From positions 94,065,385 to 94,129,384 of the forward strand of contig NC_068985.1 in the NCBI RefSeq assembly GCF_001194135.2: DNA of 64,000 bases, in the 5' to 3' direction. The notes below the pieces were generated by a model. It was not told the origin of the DNA, did no database searches, and saw nothing but the letters and a program-made list of their open reading frames with translations. This document shows positions 50,716 to 63,674 of the stretch, piece by piece. Every line of letters begins with the position of its first letter. Position 1 is the stretch's first letter. Made by a program: the position numbers and the translations under genes. Source of the DNA: Octopus bimaculoides (Eukaryota).

Positions 50716-52107
50716 GAGAATAACTCAACTTTTGAAAAGAAATAGCGCAATGAATCTGAAATTTAAAGAATTATAGGTATGGGTCTTGCAAAAGAATATT
50801 TCTAAACGAAAGTCAGTTATTTAAGGAAAACAAAAAAAGTCTCTAAGATTGGATATGTCAATGAACATAATAAATGTATGATTGATTTGTTACATTTAGA
50901 AAAAAATATTCAGTAAATATATAAGTAAAATGACCAACCGTAACTTAAATATAAATCTGGAATAAATTCAAATAACTCAGTTCTTCCATATATAAGCAAT
51001 CGGTCATTAGCACAAGCATTTTTAATACATAAATTATATCCCTGTTATTAAGGTGAAATAATATTTTAAAAAATGTAAGAAATATCCATTCTAAAAACTG
51101 TACTTTGTGGTAAATGTGTAACTTGTAAAGACTAAAATTATTGAAAGTAGTGCATGATATAAGATATGTATTACAATTATAAATGAACTCAAATAATCGC
51201 ATTTTGCAGTCTATCATACCTATCAAATTTCATATTTGCTAAGCCAGTTACACGGGAGATTAATATAATGATAAAATAAAATGGCGTATACTAAAAATGT
51301 TAACGTTAAAAATAATTTCTAATGTAACATAGTAAAATACTACAGCATAAATTGCAAGAATCTTGGTAAATATCGATATTGCTGAAGACGGGAAATTGTG
51401 ATAATATCTGACTAAAGATTCGTTCAATATAACATGGTGAACATTGATATATAATCAAAATCTATAAGCTGTATCTCGCAGACATTTTCTTGCGGATTCA
51501 TATTGCTAAGTAACATATAATGGCATACAAAAATACTTTCCATAATTGATATTTCGACTAGGTATAGAATACTATTCAAACGGATGATTGACATAATTAT
51601 TATTTTGTGACTGCAGTATATTTTAATGGTGGCAGTATATGTTAATGGCTAGCATTTCTTAATAAATCTTGCTATGAATGTTATAATTTTATTTTAAATA
51701 ACAATAATTTATACATTAACATATATTTCCAGCAAAGTACAAAGCAATGTATCATATTTGAACAGAATATCGTCCAACAGTTTTAGAAACAATAGTTCAG
51801 CGCTTAAATCAGTTTTAGTAAACGATTCATTCATCTTGTGTGGAGTTGCTTCGCTTAAGCGAAATATTAGAGACGTCATACAGGAAATAAATGTTTAGTT
51901 GAGCAGATATTCGTAGAGAAATATGCAGCGAAAATAAAGTGATCTTTATGAATTTCATTATTCCTATTATCTGTACTTCTATGTGTTTTATCAGCAGCGT
52001 ACGCTCTCAATATTTCATAAAGTCATCTCTAAAATTTAAAGATGAACACTTTATACGATGAACACAATGTGTGAATTGGTGTACTACTGTGTATGTAGAT
52101 TACTGCA

Positions 52108-52495
52108 GTGGAGGCGCAATGGGCCAGTGGATAGGGCACCGGATTCGTTGTCGTAGGATCGCGCTTTCGATTCCCAGATTGAGCGCGGTAAGTGTTTATC
52201 GAACGAAAATACTTCACGCTCCACGAGGCTCCGGCAGGCGGTGATGGCAAATCCTGCTGTCCTCTTTCACCACAATTTTCTCTCACAATTTCTACTTGTT
52301 TCTGTAGTACCAGTATTTCAAAGGGCCAGCCTTGTCACACTCTGTGTCACGCTGAATCTCCCCGAGAACTACATTAAAGGTACACGTGTCTGTGAAGTAC
52401 TCAGCCACTTGCACTTTAATTTTATGAGCAAGCTCTTCCGTTGATCGGATCAACTGAAACCCCTGTCATTGTAACCGACTGAGTGCCACGACATT
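52108..52495 (+). mobile_element. SINE family B, full length
   Basis: gtggaggcgcaatgggccagtgg A box, ctttcgattccc B box, ends gtaaccgactgagtgccacgaca. Confidence 0.92.
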
Positions 52496-53724
52496 ACTGG
52501 AAATAAAGGTTAATTAGGGATGTGATATCCATTAATCTTTCTTTCGTCTTTTAATTCTTTCAGTTATAGGAACGGGCACTAATCATATTTATTGGGAGTT
52601 ACATCTATGGTTCAAAATAGTTTGAGTGAAATTCGAGTTTCAAGTGTGATGTTGGTCTTCAGCAATTTTGAATTTGAATTAAAGTAATTTGATCGTATTA
52701 CAGAGAAAGGTGAGAGAGGAGGAAGAGACAAAAAAAGGAGAGAGAGACAGAGAAGGGACAAGAGACAACAATGGAGAAGAGACAGAGAAAGGAGAGGGGG
52801 GAGAAGGGGAGGGAACGTCATGGTTTATACAGGTGTGCATGGTAAAGCGATTATTAGAAGAGTTTATATGATAAACACTGCAACACAGACCAGATTGAGA
52901 AGTAAATTAAACTGAAATGGAAACATAAAGCAAAAGATAAAAAAATAGTCAGTGTGATTGTATAAAATGATATTACTTTAGCTGATATAAGCTACGAAAT
53001 TGAATCTTGAAAATTCAAAGCAATGAATCGGAAAACTAAAAAGATTTAAAAATTAGTTTACAAGAGCAACTGAACATAAGATAACTTAAATTTGTTTGGA
53101 AACCTCATATGAGATAACAATTGGTTTGTAGTATAAAAGAATATAAAGACTTATAAATGTCTGATTTAAGCCTGAAAATTTCTTCAAAGAAGTTCAGATC
53201 GCAATCGCCGTAGTTAATATATGCGTTAATATATATGTTAATATATGTGTAAATGTGCCTATTAGACATGCATTGGGAAATAACGATTGATTGTATTACT
53301 GCTTCTGTTTTCATATTCAATGTTAAGATATGGAATACAGACGATCATATTGATTTCGTTCCAGAGATAATTACAAGCTCATCAGCCATAATTTGCACAG
53401 CGATTTGTGAGGAAGAAATAAAATATTTGAAAGATTGTTTTCGGAACTATAGTGCCATGACCACTGAAGCAATTTCTTGAGCGTAAAATATTGAACATAA
53501 TCATCAAACGCAAACCTTCTGCTACGGAAAAAGTGTGGTACGATGCCGCCTTTAATATCTGATTGAGACAACTTAAAATCATTTGATGATTCTCACTTAG
53601 AACTCAAAGTTGATATATATATATATATATANNNNNNNNNNNNNNNNNNNNNNNNNNNNNNGACGAAGTTAGAATAATCTCCCTGTGCAGAATACTTAAC
53701 TAAATCAGGAACAACAATCATTTG

Positions 53725-53912
53725 AAAGTTTGGTACACGGCCAGCTTTTTGGGAGTAGGGGTACGTCGCTTCCATCGACATCATTGTCCGACTAGAACTT
53801 ATTTTATCGAACTCGAAAAAAAAAAACGAAGAAAAGTATTCCACAGTCAGCCTTAGCGGAATTTGAACACAGCATTTTTGAGCGGAGTGCTAACGGCTCT
53901 GCAGGCTCGCCA
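53725..53912 (-). mobile_element. SINE family A
   Basis: acttattttatcgaactc, gcggaatttgaacacag and gtgctaacggctctgcaggctcgccac blocks. Confidence 0.75.
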
Positions 53913-53987
53913 CATTTTGTATGGGGTTCAATGTTAACAAATAACTTTTGTATAAATATCGATGAAATGATTTTAGAAAGTTTGAAT

Positions 53988-54420
53988 GTAGGCGAAGGCA
54001 TGTGATTACCAACTAGTTCTACTCCGGGACATCTGACGTGGCAATGGTCTTCTACTATAGCTTCGGATCCATTAAACCTCTGTGATTGAAATTCGTCGAA
54101 GGAAACTGAATGGAATCCCTATATATATATGTATATGTATTCGTGTGTGTATATGTGTGTATGTTTGTGTATATATATGTGTGCGTTCGTGTGAGTGTGT
54201 ATGCGCGAGTGAGAGAGAGAAAGACAAAGAGAGAGAAAGATGTTTGTCCCTCATTATCGCGTGACTGCCGTTGATGTTTCTTTTATATATCCCGTAACTC
54301 AGAGCTTCTATATAAGATATAACAAAAGTATAATAACGAGATTTAAACTCTAAATTCTGAGATGGATTTTTTCGATGCAGCATTTCAAGGCGATATTCCA
54401 ACATGGCCACAGTCTATTGA
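53988..54420 (+). mobile_element. SINE family C, decayed, with an expanded internal microsatellite
   Basis: gtcttctactatagc, gaaggaaactgaatggaatcc, TA/TG/GA tract, tgtttgtccc and aaggcgatattccaacatggccacagtc. Confidence 0.75.
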
Positions 54421-54920
54421 TACGGATATATACAGATAAATGATATTCGATGAAGGAGAACGCATATAAGAAATGGCTTTCCAATAATCCTTTGTCGCAG
54501 CCATTGCTATTCTTGCGAGTCTCTTACACTTTATTTATATACGAAAGTGTATTCTGAAAGTACACACACGCACACACACACACACACACACACATACACA
54601 CACANNNNNNNNNNNNNNNNNNNNNNNNNNNNNNNNNNNNNNNNNNNNNNNNNNNNNNNNNNNNNNNNNNNNNNNNNNNNNNNNNNNNNNNNNNNNNNNN
54701 NNNNNNNNNNNNNNNNNNNNNNNNNNNNNNNNNNNNNNNNNNNNNNNNNNNNNNNNNNNNNNNNNNNNNNNNNNNNNNNNNNNNNNNNNNNNNNNNNNNN
54801 NNNNNNNNNNNNNNNNNNNNNNNNNNNNNNNNTATATATATATATATATATATATGCGTGTGTTTAGTTGTGTTTATGCATAGTGCATATATATAAAACT
54901 AGAGATCAAGACGGACAGAC

Positions 54921-54987
<67 letters not shown>
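54921..54987. repeat. (GATA)n tetranucleotide repeat
   Basis: Direct reading. Confidence 0.95.
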
Positions 54988-54988
<1 letters not shown>

Positions 54989-56350
54989 TGACAGATAGAT
55001 ACTGGGGATGTGAATATATATATACATAACACACACACACAACACACACACACACATATAAATATATATGTGAGTATGAGTGTGTGTGTTTGTGTGCGTT
55101 TGAATAAATTAAAGGAGAAAATTAGAATTCAGGAATTCAAGAATAAGAAACTACAATAACTGGAGCCGTGCTAGCAAAAGCTGTAAGTTTGTGAAGGAAT
55201 GCTTTGTGAATATTTTGCATTTATTTCGATCGAATAGATTCCCTGGATGTTTTCACGCATATCTTGCAGTATGTAATTTGGCTCACTGCAGGATGGAGTT
55301 TAATTTTAAAAGACAGTTTGAGGAGAAGAAATAACTAGAATGAAATATTATTACGTTCTTATATCCAGCTTTACTAGATAACACGCCTTTTATTTCGAGA
55401 AAGAAAACGCAAATAAATCCCAAAATAACCTACTCTGGTAAATTCGAAAGAAAAAAAAGCTATAGCATTTCCATAGAAACTTATGAAATCGTAGCAAGTA
55501 TGATAGATCAAGGATTCCGAGCATGACTTATCCACATGTTCTTCCCATTCTGAATGTTAAAATCTTAAAACTTCTTTAACTCTTTTGAGTTGGATTTTGA
55601 TTGGTACTTTTTTTCCTTCGAAACCCCCTATCGGGCTTTATCGCATTTGCCCCGTTGGCTCCATTCCCCACAAATATTCTACATTTTATTCTCATTCTTC
55701 ACCAAAAAAATTGACTCACTCTGTTTAGTTTTATTTATCAGGATTTACAAATGAAGCTGATCACAATGAATGGGGGAAATATTAAACAGTTGAATAGTTT
55801 AACTTTCGTATGTCAAATAAACTTACAAACCCCAAAGCCAACAAATCGCTTTTACGTAGTCAATCAATATTCTAGAAATAGCAAAGAAACAGTAACGCCA
55901 TCTTGCTTTTAAAATGGATTCCTTCTGTAATGTAGACCGAAATAACCAACAAGAAAATAGCATACCTAAAATACTTTTAACGTAATCTTTGCCAATCGTA
56001 GCTTATCAAGGACTGAGGAACAACAAACTAAATGGCCTCAATTATTTGATATACTGACTGGTACAGAGAGTTATTCAGTATTTGAATGATTCTGTTTTTC
56101 CTTTATTTTGAGCCAGTACTTACGCATAATAATAGAACAATCATCTTCCGTTTACATTGACCTTCGATCACTGATGTTTTAAGTTAAACGAAATCTTTAC
56201 TATTCTAATCGTTTTCAGAATTAGATTGAAATGAATTGTATAAAATACACTAGCTGGCAATATAAATATTAAAAAAACAATAACATAACATGGTGATGAT
56301 GATGATGATGGCAATAGCAAGATTATGATGATGATGATGATAATAATAAA

Positions 56351-56455
56351 ATCTGTGCTGCCCAAGAGCAAGCACTAAGAACAAACTGCATAAATTACGG
56401 AATACAGAACACATCAGAAAGTGATAAGTGCAGGATCTGTGGACAAAATGGTGAA
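56351..56455 (+). mobile_element. R4/Dong-like LINE internal fragment (N-half of the CCHC knuckle)
   Basis: Open frame ICAAQEQALRTNCINYGIQNTSESDKCRICGQNGE, then an abrupt loss of homology. Preceded by (GAT)n(AAT)n. Confidence 0.85.
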
Positions 56456-57663
56456 AATCATTAGTGTGGTCTCTTTTCCATTAACAGTGGCAATAGTAAA
56501 ATTATATCGTTTAGTGTTTACATGTATTTTTCAAATTTTCTACATAACACAATAAGATTTTATTGCGATACACACATCATGCCTAAAGGTTTATGTGACC
56601 GTCCCCTCCTGATATTCCACGGCAACTCTACTTTTCAGACATTACCAAAAGGAAAATCTTTAACATGTAATATAATATATAGTTCGATACTATGAGCGCC
56701 ACTGTTATGTATGAAGAGAATATATACCCAGTATTTGACATCAGACGTTTTAAAGTGTCACTCATTCTCCCCTTATTCTATGTGTGTTTCTTTCTTTCCT
56801 TCTGCTATATACATTTTTATGGTTTGGAAAAAAGTTAAATTAAATATGTAAATCCGCCTCTCTTTATCTGCACTTATCTGCCTGCAGGCGCGTGTCTTTG
56901 TGTGTTTGCGTTCAGATGCGAAAATGATCGTCTCCAAAACATATTAGGCATCCAGCTTACTGTGGGATATTCCCAGCGCCCCAACAACTACGTCACTTTT
57001 CTGAAATCCTACTTATATTTGTTTCCTACAACCCTCTGTGGTACAAACTGACATATTTTTACATATAAATTGCTGTGAGGATACACGAACATATAAACCT
57101 GAAACCTTTGGTCCCGTAGTAAATAAATACCACTTGTTTTTTTTCAATGTAGAGGATTTACTCAGGGTATCTGCTATTTGGTAGTTAGCTCACATGTTTT
57201 GATGAAACGTACTTCTGGAAAATGCTTCGTTATTCAGTTTAATTAATCAGAGGTGTAATCAATCTACAAATGAGCACATTGTTCAAATTTTAATCGTGGC
57301 ATTAATCAAGCTGCCAGATTTGTCGAATGATTTGCAGGAAGAAAACAAACTAAAAGGCGCATGGTTATTTGATGTCACAACTGTGCATCTGATTAGAATA
57401 TGGGAGAAGGTGTGTGTAAGAATAATTATCACCTTCATTTGGTGAGCTCATTATTATCGTGGGGTTTGTTTCGGAATGAGGGTTAAAAGTTTAAAATCCC
57501 ATTCGCACCAGAAAAATCACAGTTCTTTCTGCGGTTCTGATTCCTTTAATTAAATTCACTACAACATCAAGATTGAATGTATAATAGGCGTTGATGTAAG
57601 ATTTTCTAAAACTTCACAGCATGCAAAATATTGGAGTTTAATTTACGAAACATACCTAATATG

Positions 57664-57817
57664 ATTCTTTCTACTACAGGCACAAGGCCTGGATTTTGAG
57701 GGGAGGGGAACCGTTGATCACATCAACCCCAGAACTCAGCTGATTCTTAATTTATCAGACGAAATGCCGCTAAGCATTTCGCCTGGCGTGCTAATAATTC
57801 TGACAACACGGGACCTT
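57664..57817 (-). mobile_element. SINE family A, internally deleted
   Basis: ttctactacaggcacaaggcctg tail and gacgaaatgccgctaagcatttcgcctggcgtgctaa head. Confidence 0.8.
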
Positions 57818-57829
57818 AATATACCTAAT

Positions 57830-58046
57830 AATCCTTTCTCCTAGAAGAACAAGGCCTCACATTTGGGGGAAGGAATTAAGTCCATTACATCGACCACAGT
57901 GCGTAACTGCTACTTATTTAATCGACCCCGAAAGATTGAAAGGAAAAGTCGACCTCTACGGAATTTGAACTCAGAATCTAGCGGCAGGCGAAATAGTGCT
58001 AAGCATTTCGCCCAGCGTGCTAACGATTCTGCCAGCTCACCGCGCC
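57830..58046 (-). mobile_element. SINE family A, full length
   Basis: All family blocks are present; the reverse complement starts ggcgcggtgagctggcagaatcgttagcacg. Confidence 0.9.
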
Positions 58047-60189
58047 TTGACATACCAAACATAATAAAAAATAAATTGAATGAATAGAAAACACCTATCG
58101 AAGAAAATATTCTACATCGTAATTCAAAGATCTATCTCACTTTTAATTATAAAAATTCACATTTATTCAAGAATAACGAGTTGAAAATTATGGTTTTACT
58201 ACCTTTTTAAAGGGATTCTTCCACGAGGGCAAGCGCATTTAATGAAGTCGTTGTTATTGTTTCAGAATAGATGCAGAATAAATTGAAAACTCTGTGAAAA
58301 AAAGACAATCGGACTTCAAAGACAATGATTGCATTAGTACAAGCGATATACATTTCTTATGATACCAACTGTTCAAAATATAATTACGGTTGAACGTTGA
58401 AGAGGTTCATTAGAAAATATGGAAATTTAACACGTTTGATTGTACAGATATAGCTGCAGATTAAATAAGGCAATAACCTCGAACGTTACAACGGCTGACT
58501 CGACAAAATTGACACATCATAAAATTGTTAAGAATTGTTGTGGATAATAAACTTTTCTGTAATTGTTTTGCATCTCATTACTAATGCAACATTGCAGCTT
58601 TGAATGAAGCTGTTAGTTCTGCTGGAACTTCCAATAGTACACACGTTCGTGTTGGAAATTTGAACGAAAATATAACAAATTAATATCTCTGTTCGGTATC
58701 TCTAACGAGTGTATGGTTAGTTAGAGTAGAGGTCTGCATTTTATCACGAAACGAATGTCATTGACCTGTACATATCCTGCAATTATGGTCACCTCTCATT
58801 GCGAGTAATTAATGTTTTTTTTTTCACTCTGTTATTAATTATCTAAGTGCTTTTATTGCTTATGACAACCGGTTCTGAACAGTAGGTATTATTAAATAGT
58901 AATCCACAATCAACTACATGAGAAAAATACTTCAATCGTTCTATATAGCCTAGACAAATACATTCAGTTTCGTATATTGCATAATAACATAAGACATATT
59001 CCACGCTTCATATTACGATAAAAACCTAAAAATAAATGTAGAATAGAAAGTGAAGTGTTGGCCTATGGACTTCTCATATTATTTTTGTAGATGACGTCTA
59101 CCAAAAAAGAAACAAAATGGTCACGTCAACTGAATAACTTTTATGTATATTATATTTTGCTAGTCTTGCTTAATTAGAGTAGAGAATTTATTATTTAATG
59201 AATAACAATAATATAGGTTAAAGTTTGAAGAGTAATTGTTGAAAAGGGTTTTTTTTCTGTGGCACATTCCATCCATTCGATTTATACATTTGTTTCTTTC
59301 TAACTATTTGTTTAATTTTCTTTTGTTTTATTGATTCAACTGCCAAAGCACCTCTTTCTTTATGCATTCACATTAGATCAGGTAAAATAGTAATAGCGAA
59401 AATCCAGACCGGTTAACGATTCGTTTACGAATGAAATCTATGAAGTAAATCTTCATGCGTATAAAACATTCCACTAATTATAACACTTATTATATCGAAT
59501 ACAAAGACTATAATAGATTGATAAATGAAGAATGCCTGGTGCCAAGTCACGTATACCACTCTCTAGCAACTGGTTTCATCTCTCTTTCTCTCTGTCTTGC
59601 TGTCTCTATGTTTCTCTCTCTTTCCAATTTTAATAATAACCCCTTCTCTTCAAAGCTGGATGGTCCTCTGCAATATCCATTAGGCATTCTTGGCTCTGAC
59701 CATGCACTAAATACTGTACCCAGTCTCCTTCATATCAATATCTTCCGTATGTCTTCCCACTGGAATTCAAACATTGGATGCATCGTTCCTGTTGTCTCCT
59801 TCATGTAACATCTTCAGAGGAACATTAACGTAAACAAACTTATTAGTATAGCTGTTGGAGTGTTGAGGTCAAACTTAACTCTTCGTAGACTCAACTATTA
59901 GGCTTTGTATTTATTTTGTCGAGCACTCTCACTCTTATAGCAGTTGATTTGATTTGATGCAGGACAAATTAAAATTTCGCAAAGAGATCTGTGTATGCAC
60001 TGAATCGAGTTAGATGTAATACAGATAAATATTTCATTAATTCTGGACGAATGAAAATCAATTATACCCGCAGATATATTTATGTTTACATTAATTATCA
60101 TCCATAAAGATTCGTAACAAATAATCCAAAGAGATTACGTGAAATATCTGATCGCATAATAAAACCCAACTCCTCGTTCTCGTTTTCCA

Positions 60190-60460
60190 CTTTCGTCTTC
60201 TCCTCTCCCTTCTTCAAGCGGCCGTAACATTGATTCTTAGAGCAATGCAGCACCAGGATTCTCTATCCTCGATGCTCAAATTGATGTTGTGTATATCTGC
60301 CAATACTATTTTCATTTATTTTGCGGAAGAGTCCAAAATAGAAATTCTGGTAGGCCCTGCACCGTAGCAGAAACCAGCAAAGTATACTCTGTGTTCAATG
60401 ACAATATTAGAGATTGGTGAGATGATGTCGATAAATCTCCTCCTTTGTCGTCTAAATTAA
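60190..60460 (-). mobile_element. Decayed RTE LINE 3' ORF remnant
   Basis: Frame-hopping translation TKEEIYR / PISNIVIEHRVYFAGFCY / EFLFWTLP / LADIHNINLSIEDRESW resembles N.ELYG..PIS..I..RRLRFAGHC...LLW.P...DR..W. Confidence 0.65.
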
Positions 60461-60720
60461 AAATGATGATGTAAGGTACCACTAGGTCATTCTTGTGTTT
60501 TCTTCATAGAGAAAGAAATTTTTACCTGCTGCTGTACCTCCCCTCCTCCCCATCCTCCTCCTCCTCCTCCAAATACTACTACTACTATTACCATTGCTGC
60601 TGCTGCTGTCGCCGATCACCGAATATACGAGTATATAGTCTACAATGAAACCGCTCCGATGTCAACGTCTGTTCTGTCCAACCGGAACTATAAGAAGTGA
60701 CAGGGATGAATAATTTTTAA

Positions 60721-60917
60721 TATTATTGGTTTCAAATTTTGGGACAAGGACAGAATGTTCGGGGAAGGTCGTATGTCGATTATATAGATCTCAGTGCTCA
60801 ACTGGCACCTTAGTTATCGATCTCGAAAAGATGAAGCATAAAGCCGACCTTAGTGGATATTGAACTAAAAATGTGATTATTTTGCCCGGCCTACTACCTG
60901 TTCTGCCAGCGCGCTGT
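60721..60917 (-). mobile_element. SINE family A
   Basis: ggtttcaaattttgggacaagg tail, cagtgctcaactggcac, aaagccgacc and gttctgccagcgcgc head. Confidence 0.8.
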
Positions 60918-61589
60918 CTCAATTTTTAATATTATTAACATTTGTTAACATGTCTCATTGTTTGTATGTGTCTACATTTACTTGTGTAACATTCCGATTT
61001 GGTTTACTTTGCATCTATAAAGTGATTCCATATAAGAAAATCGATAAAATAATTACCACACTGAACCTTATATGGGGGTGAACTAAAACTAATCGTACAC
61101 AAACCACTAAGGGCAGACGTCTAGCGTGGCCACAGTCGAATAAATGAAAACAGGAAGAAAATAAATATATAAAACAATATCAGACTAAACGAGGTCGAAT
61201 TTCTCACCTCTGCAAATTAGATATTTAAGACCGAAATATATATACTATTAGAGAACAGCAGTGTTTGCTCCAGACATCACTGAACATTGATTATGCTCTA
61301 ATTAAATTGTTTTTATTGATTTCTAATAATGGTTTATTAATAGCTTCTTACAAGTCCTTGCATCTCGACGACAGATAACTGGACGTATCTTAGGCAATAA
61401 ATGCTGCCACATTATTGATCGCGAAATTGAAGACGCGATACTTTAATCCTTAGAGCGTATTTACTTACGCTCCGTATTCCTGTTTAACATTATCTGATAT
61501 TCATGGAATAAACTTAATACAACGGATTATATTTTATACGAATATTGATTACAAATATTTTGACGCTCGGAGATCTAGCTGAAAGTTCA

Positions 61590-63135
61590 AGTCAAAATCA
61601 AGTATCATGCCTGTTGTGATATTCTGTAGGCGCAAGAAGACTGCACATGGAGACAACATTATCAATCTTTATATTTTGTTGTTGACATACACGACATATT
61701 GGGCAGCTGCCGTTCTTTAATATGTTCGCCAGGCAGTTCCTTGTAGGTAGGCATTATTCTTGGGCTGCTATGATAAACCCATCTATTTCTGATTTTAAGC
61801 CAGGAGCCATTAACCATTGATGGGTAAGGGCTTTGTCGACTTCACATCAGCATTATTCGCTCTCTTTGGCTGTTTGCCATTGAGAGATTTTTCTTGCCGT
61901 TTATCAGTAAGAATATCTAAGCCAGCAGTTTTAGCACAGGTTTTCGAACGCTTAGCTTTTTCTGTGCTTGTTTCTAGTACGTCTAATTCTGGAATTTGTT
62001 GTATTTGGAATTCACTTAGATATCCCTTTGCCTGTTTTGTTACTGAGTAAGATGCTTTCTTGTTTTCATATTTTGAGACAATTTTTGACATTCAGTCAAC
62101 AAAGTGTTTGAGGTAGGTGTCTAGGCCAATCGGGGCAATGTTATTGTTAATTCCAGTTGTAAAAGTCCACGGGCTCCCCCTTTTCGTTCTATATCTGCCT
62201 TTGGGTGATGCAATATATGCATTGCCAACAATTTTCGTATTTTTCTGTCCATATTACATATTTCAGTAATTGATTAGTTAATGATATTGAAACTGTAAGT
62301 CATGACTACTATGGCTAAAGTATTGATCACTTCGATCCTGTTTCTTGCATTCAGCTCCGTGTTGAGTATTGCTCTTACCCTGCGATAACATTCTCTTCTG
62401 ATCCTTTCCCTCATCCCTTTCATGTACCCCTGGGTATTTGTAGCTCTCCGCTGGTTCTAACTCCTTTATGACATTCTGCTTGTCAACGTTAACGTTAGAT
62501 GTTTCTGTCATTTTTCCTTTGATAAAGGTAGCTTTTGCACATTTATCGAGGANNNNNNNNNNNNNNNNNNNNNNNNNNNNNNNNNNNNNNNNNNNNNNNN
62601 NNNNNNNNNNNNNNNNNNNNNNNNNNNNNNNNNNNNNNNNNNNNNNNNNNNNNNNNNNNNNNNNNNNNNNNNNNNNNNNNNNNNNNNNNNNNNNNNNNNN
62701 NNNNNNNNNNNNNNNNNNNNNNNNNNNNNNNNNNNNNNNNNNNNNNNNNNNNNNNNNNNNNNNNNNNNNNNNNNNNNNNNNNNNNNNNNNNNNNNNNNNN
62801 NNNNNNNNNNNNNNNNNNNNNNNNNNNNNNNNNNNNNNNNNNNNNNNNNNNNNNNNNNNNNNNNNNNNNNNNNNNNNNNNNNNNNNNNNNNNNNNNNNNN
62901 NNNNNNNNNNNNNNNNNNNNNNNNNNCCCTGGGTATTTGTAGCTCTCCGCTGGTTCTAACTCCTTTATGACATTCTGCTTGTCAACGTTAACGTTAGATG
63001 TTTCTGTCATTTTTCCTTTGATAAAGGTAGCTTTTGCACATTTATCGAGGACAAATTGTATCCTGATGTCACCACTGAATTGTTTAGCAATCGCTAGTAA
63101 GCCCTGTAGTTGTTGGTCATTTTCTGCATATTATG
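61590..63135 (-). mobile_element. R4/Dong-like LINE (RT thumb to CCHC knuckle), truncated at both ends
   Basis: AENDQQLQGLLAIAKQFSGDIRIQFVLDKCAKATFIKGKM...ESYKYPG...YSFNII...MDRKIRKLL...HHPKADIER...KSLNGKQPKRANNAD...CRVC. Frameshifts present; contains a gap and a duplicated 125 bp. Confidence 0.92.
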
Positions 63136-63139
63136 TGCA

Positions 63140-63184
63140 TATTATTATTATCATTATTATTATTATTACCATTATTATTATTAC

Positions 63185-63268
<84 letters not shown>
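63140..63268. repeat. (ATT)n microsatellite at the LINE 5' junction
   Basis: Direct reading. Confidence 0.95.
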
Positions 63269-63514
63269 ATAAATCAATTGAAATATTATGCATGGAATAA
63301 TAACTTCGAATGTATTTCTTCTTCTTTATAGTTCCACAACGATGTATATCCGTTTTCATATGTGCAGCTTCTTTTTCCATAGTTTCAAACATTGGACAGC
63401 GATCCTAGAGGTGTACCGTTTCGAATGGTTTGGTCGAACACATTAACGTAGGTATTTCCTTTCTTAGACTTTGTGCTTATCACATCAGGTTCTTTTGCTG
63501 AAACTCTATCTTGC

Positions 63515-63590
63515 AGAGACGTAAACAAACCCACATCAGTTGGCAAACGCTGGTGGTGAAAGGACAAATAAGCACACACACAGATGTATA
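63515..63590 (-). mobile_element. SINE family C, 3'-half fragment
   Basis: gacgtaaacaaacccacatcagttggcaaacgctggtggtgaaaggacaaat...cacacacac is the reverse complement of the 40780-40845 block. Confidence 0.7.
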
Positions 63591-63674
63591 TATGACGACG
63601 ACCGCTCCATCTTGACAGACGTTAGCCATCCCATCAACAATCCACACACATCATCACGCAGTAAAATCACTCCG

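Noticed and set aside
53382-53582. K+ channel pore-like GHGTIVPKT
   Set aside because: It lacks the TxGYG context, a stop follows within about 20 codons, and there is no donor site.
60320-60460. Cadherin/FN3-like exon (NTEYTLLVSATVQG) on the minus strand
   Set aside because: Adjacent frames give better matches to the RTE RT C-terminus (FAGFCY, DRESW), and there is no good donor site.
62428-63051. 125-bp direct repeat inside the LINE
   Set aside because: Two identical copies directly flank an N gap, which is typical of unmerged contig overlap.
4895-63392. Long ORFs in the track containing X runs or poly-I/Y/N/HT/ER
   Set aside because: They are artefacts of reading through N gaps and microsatellites.
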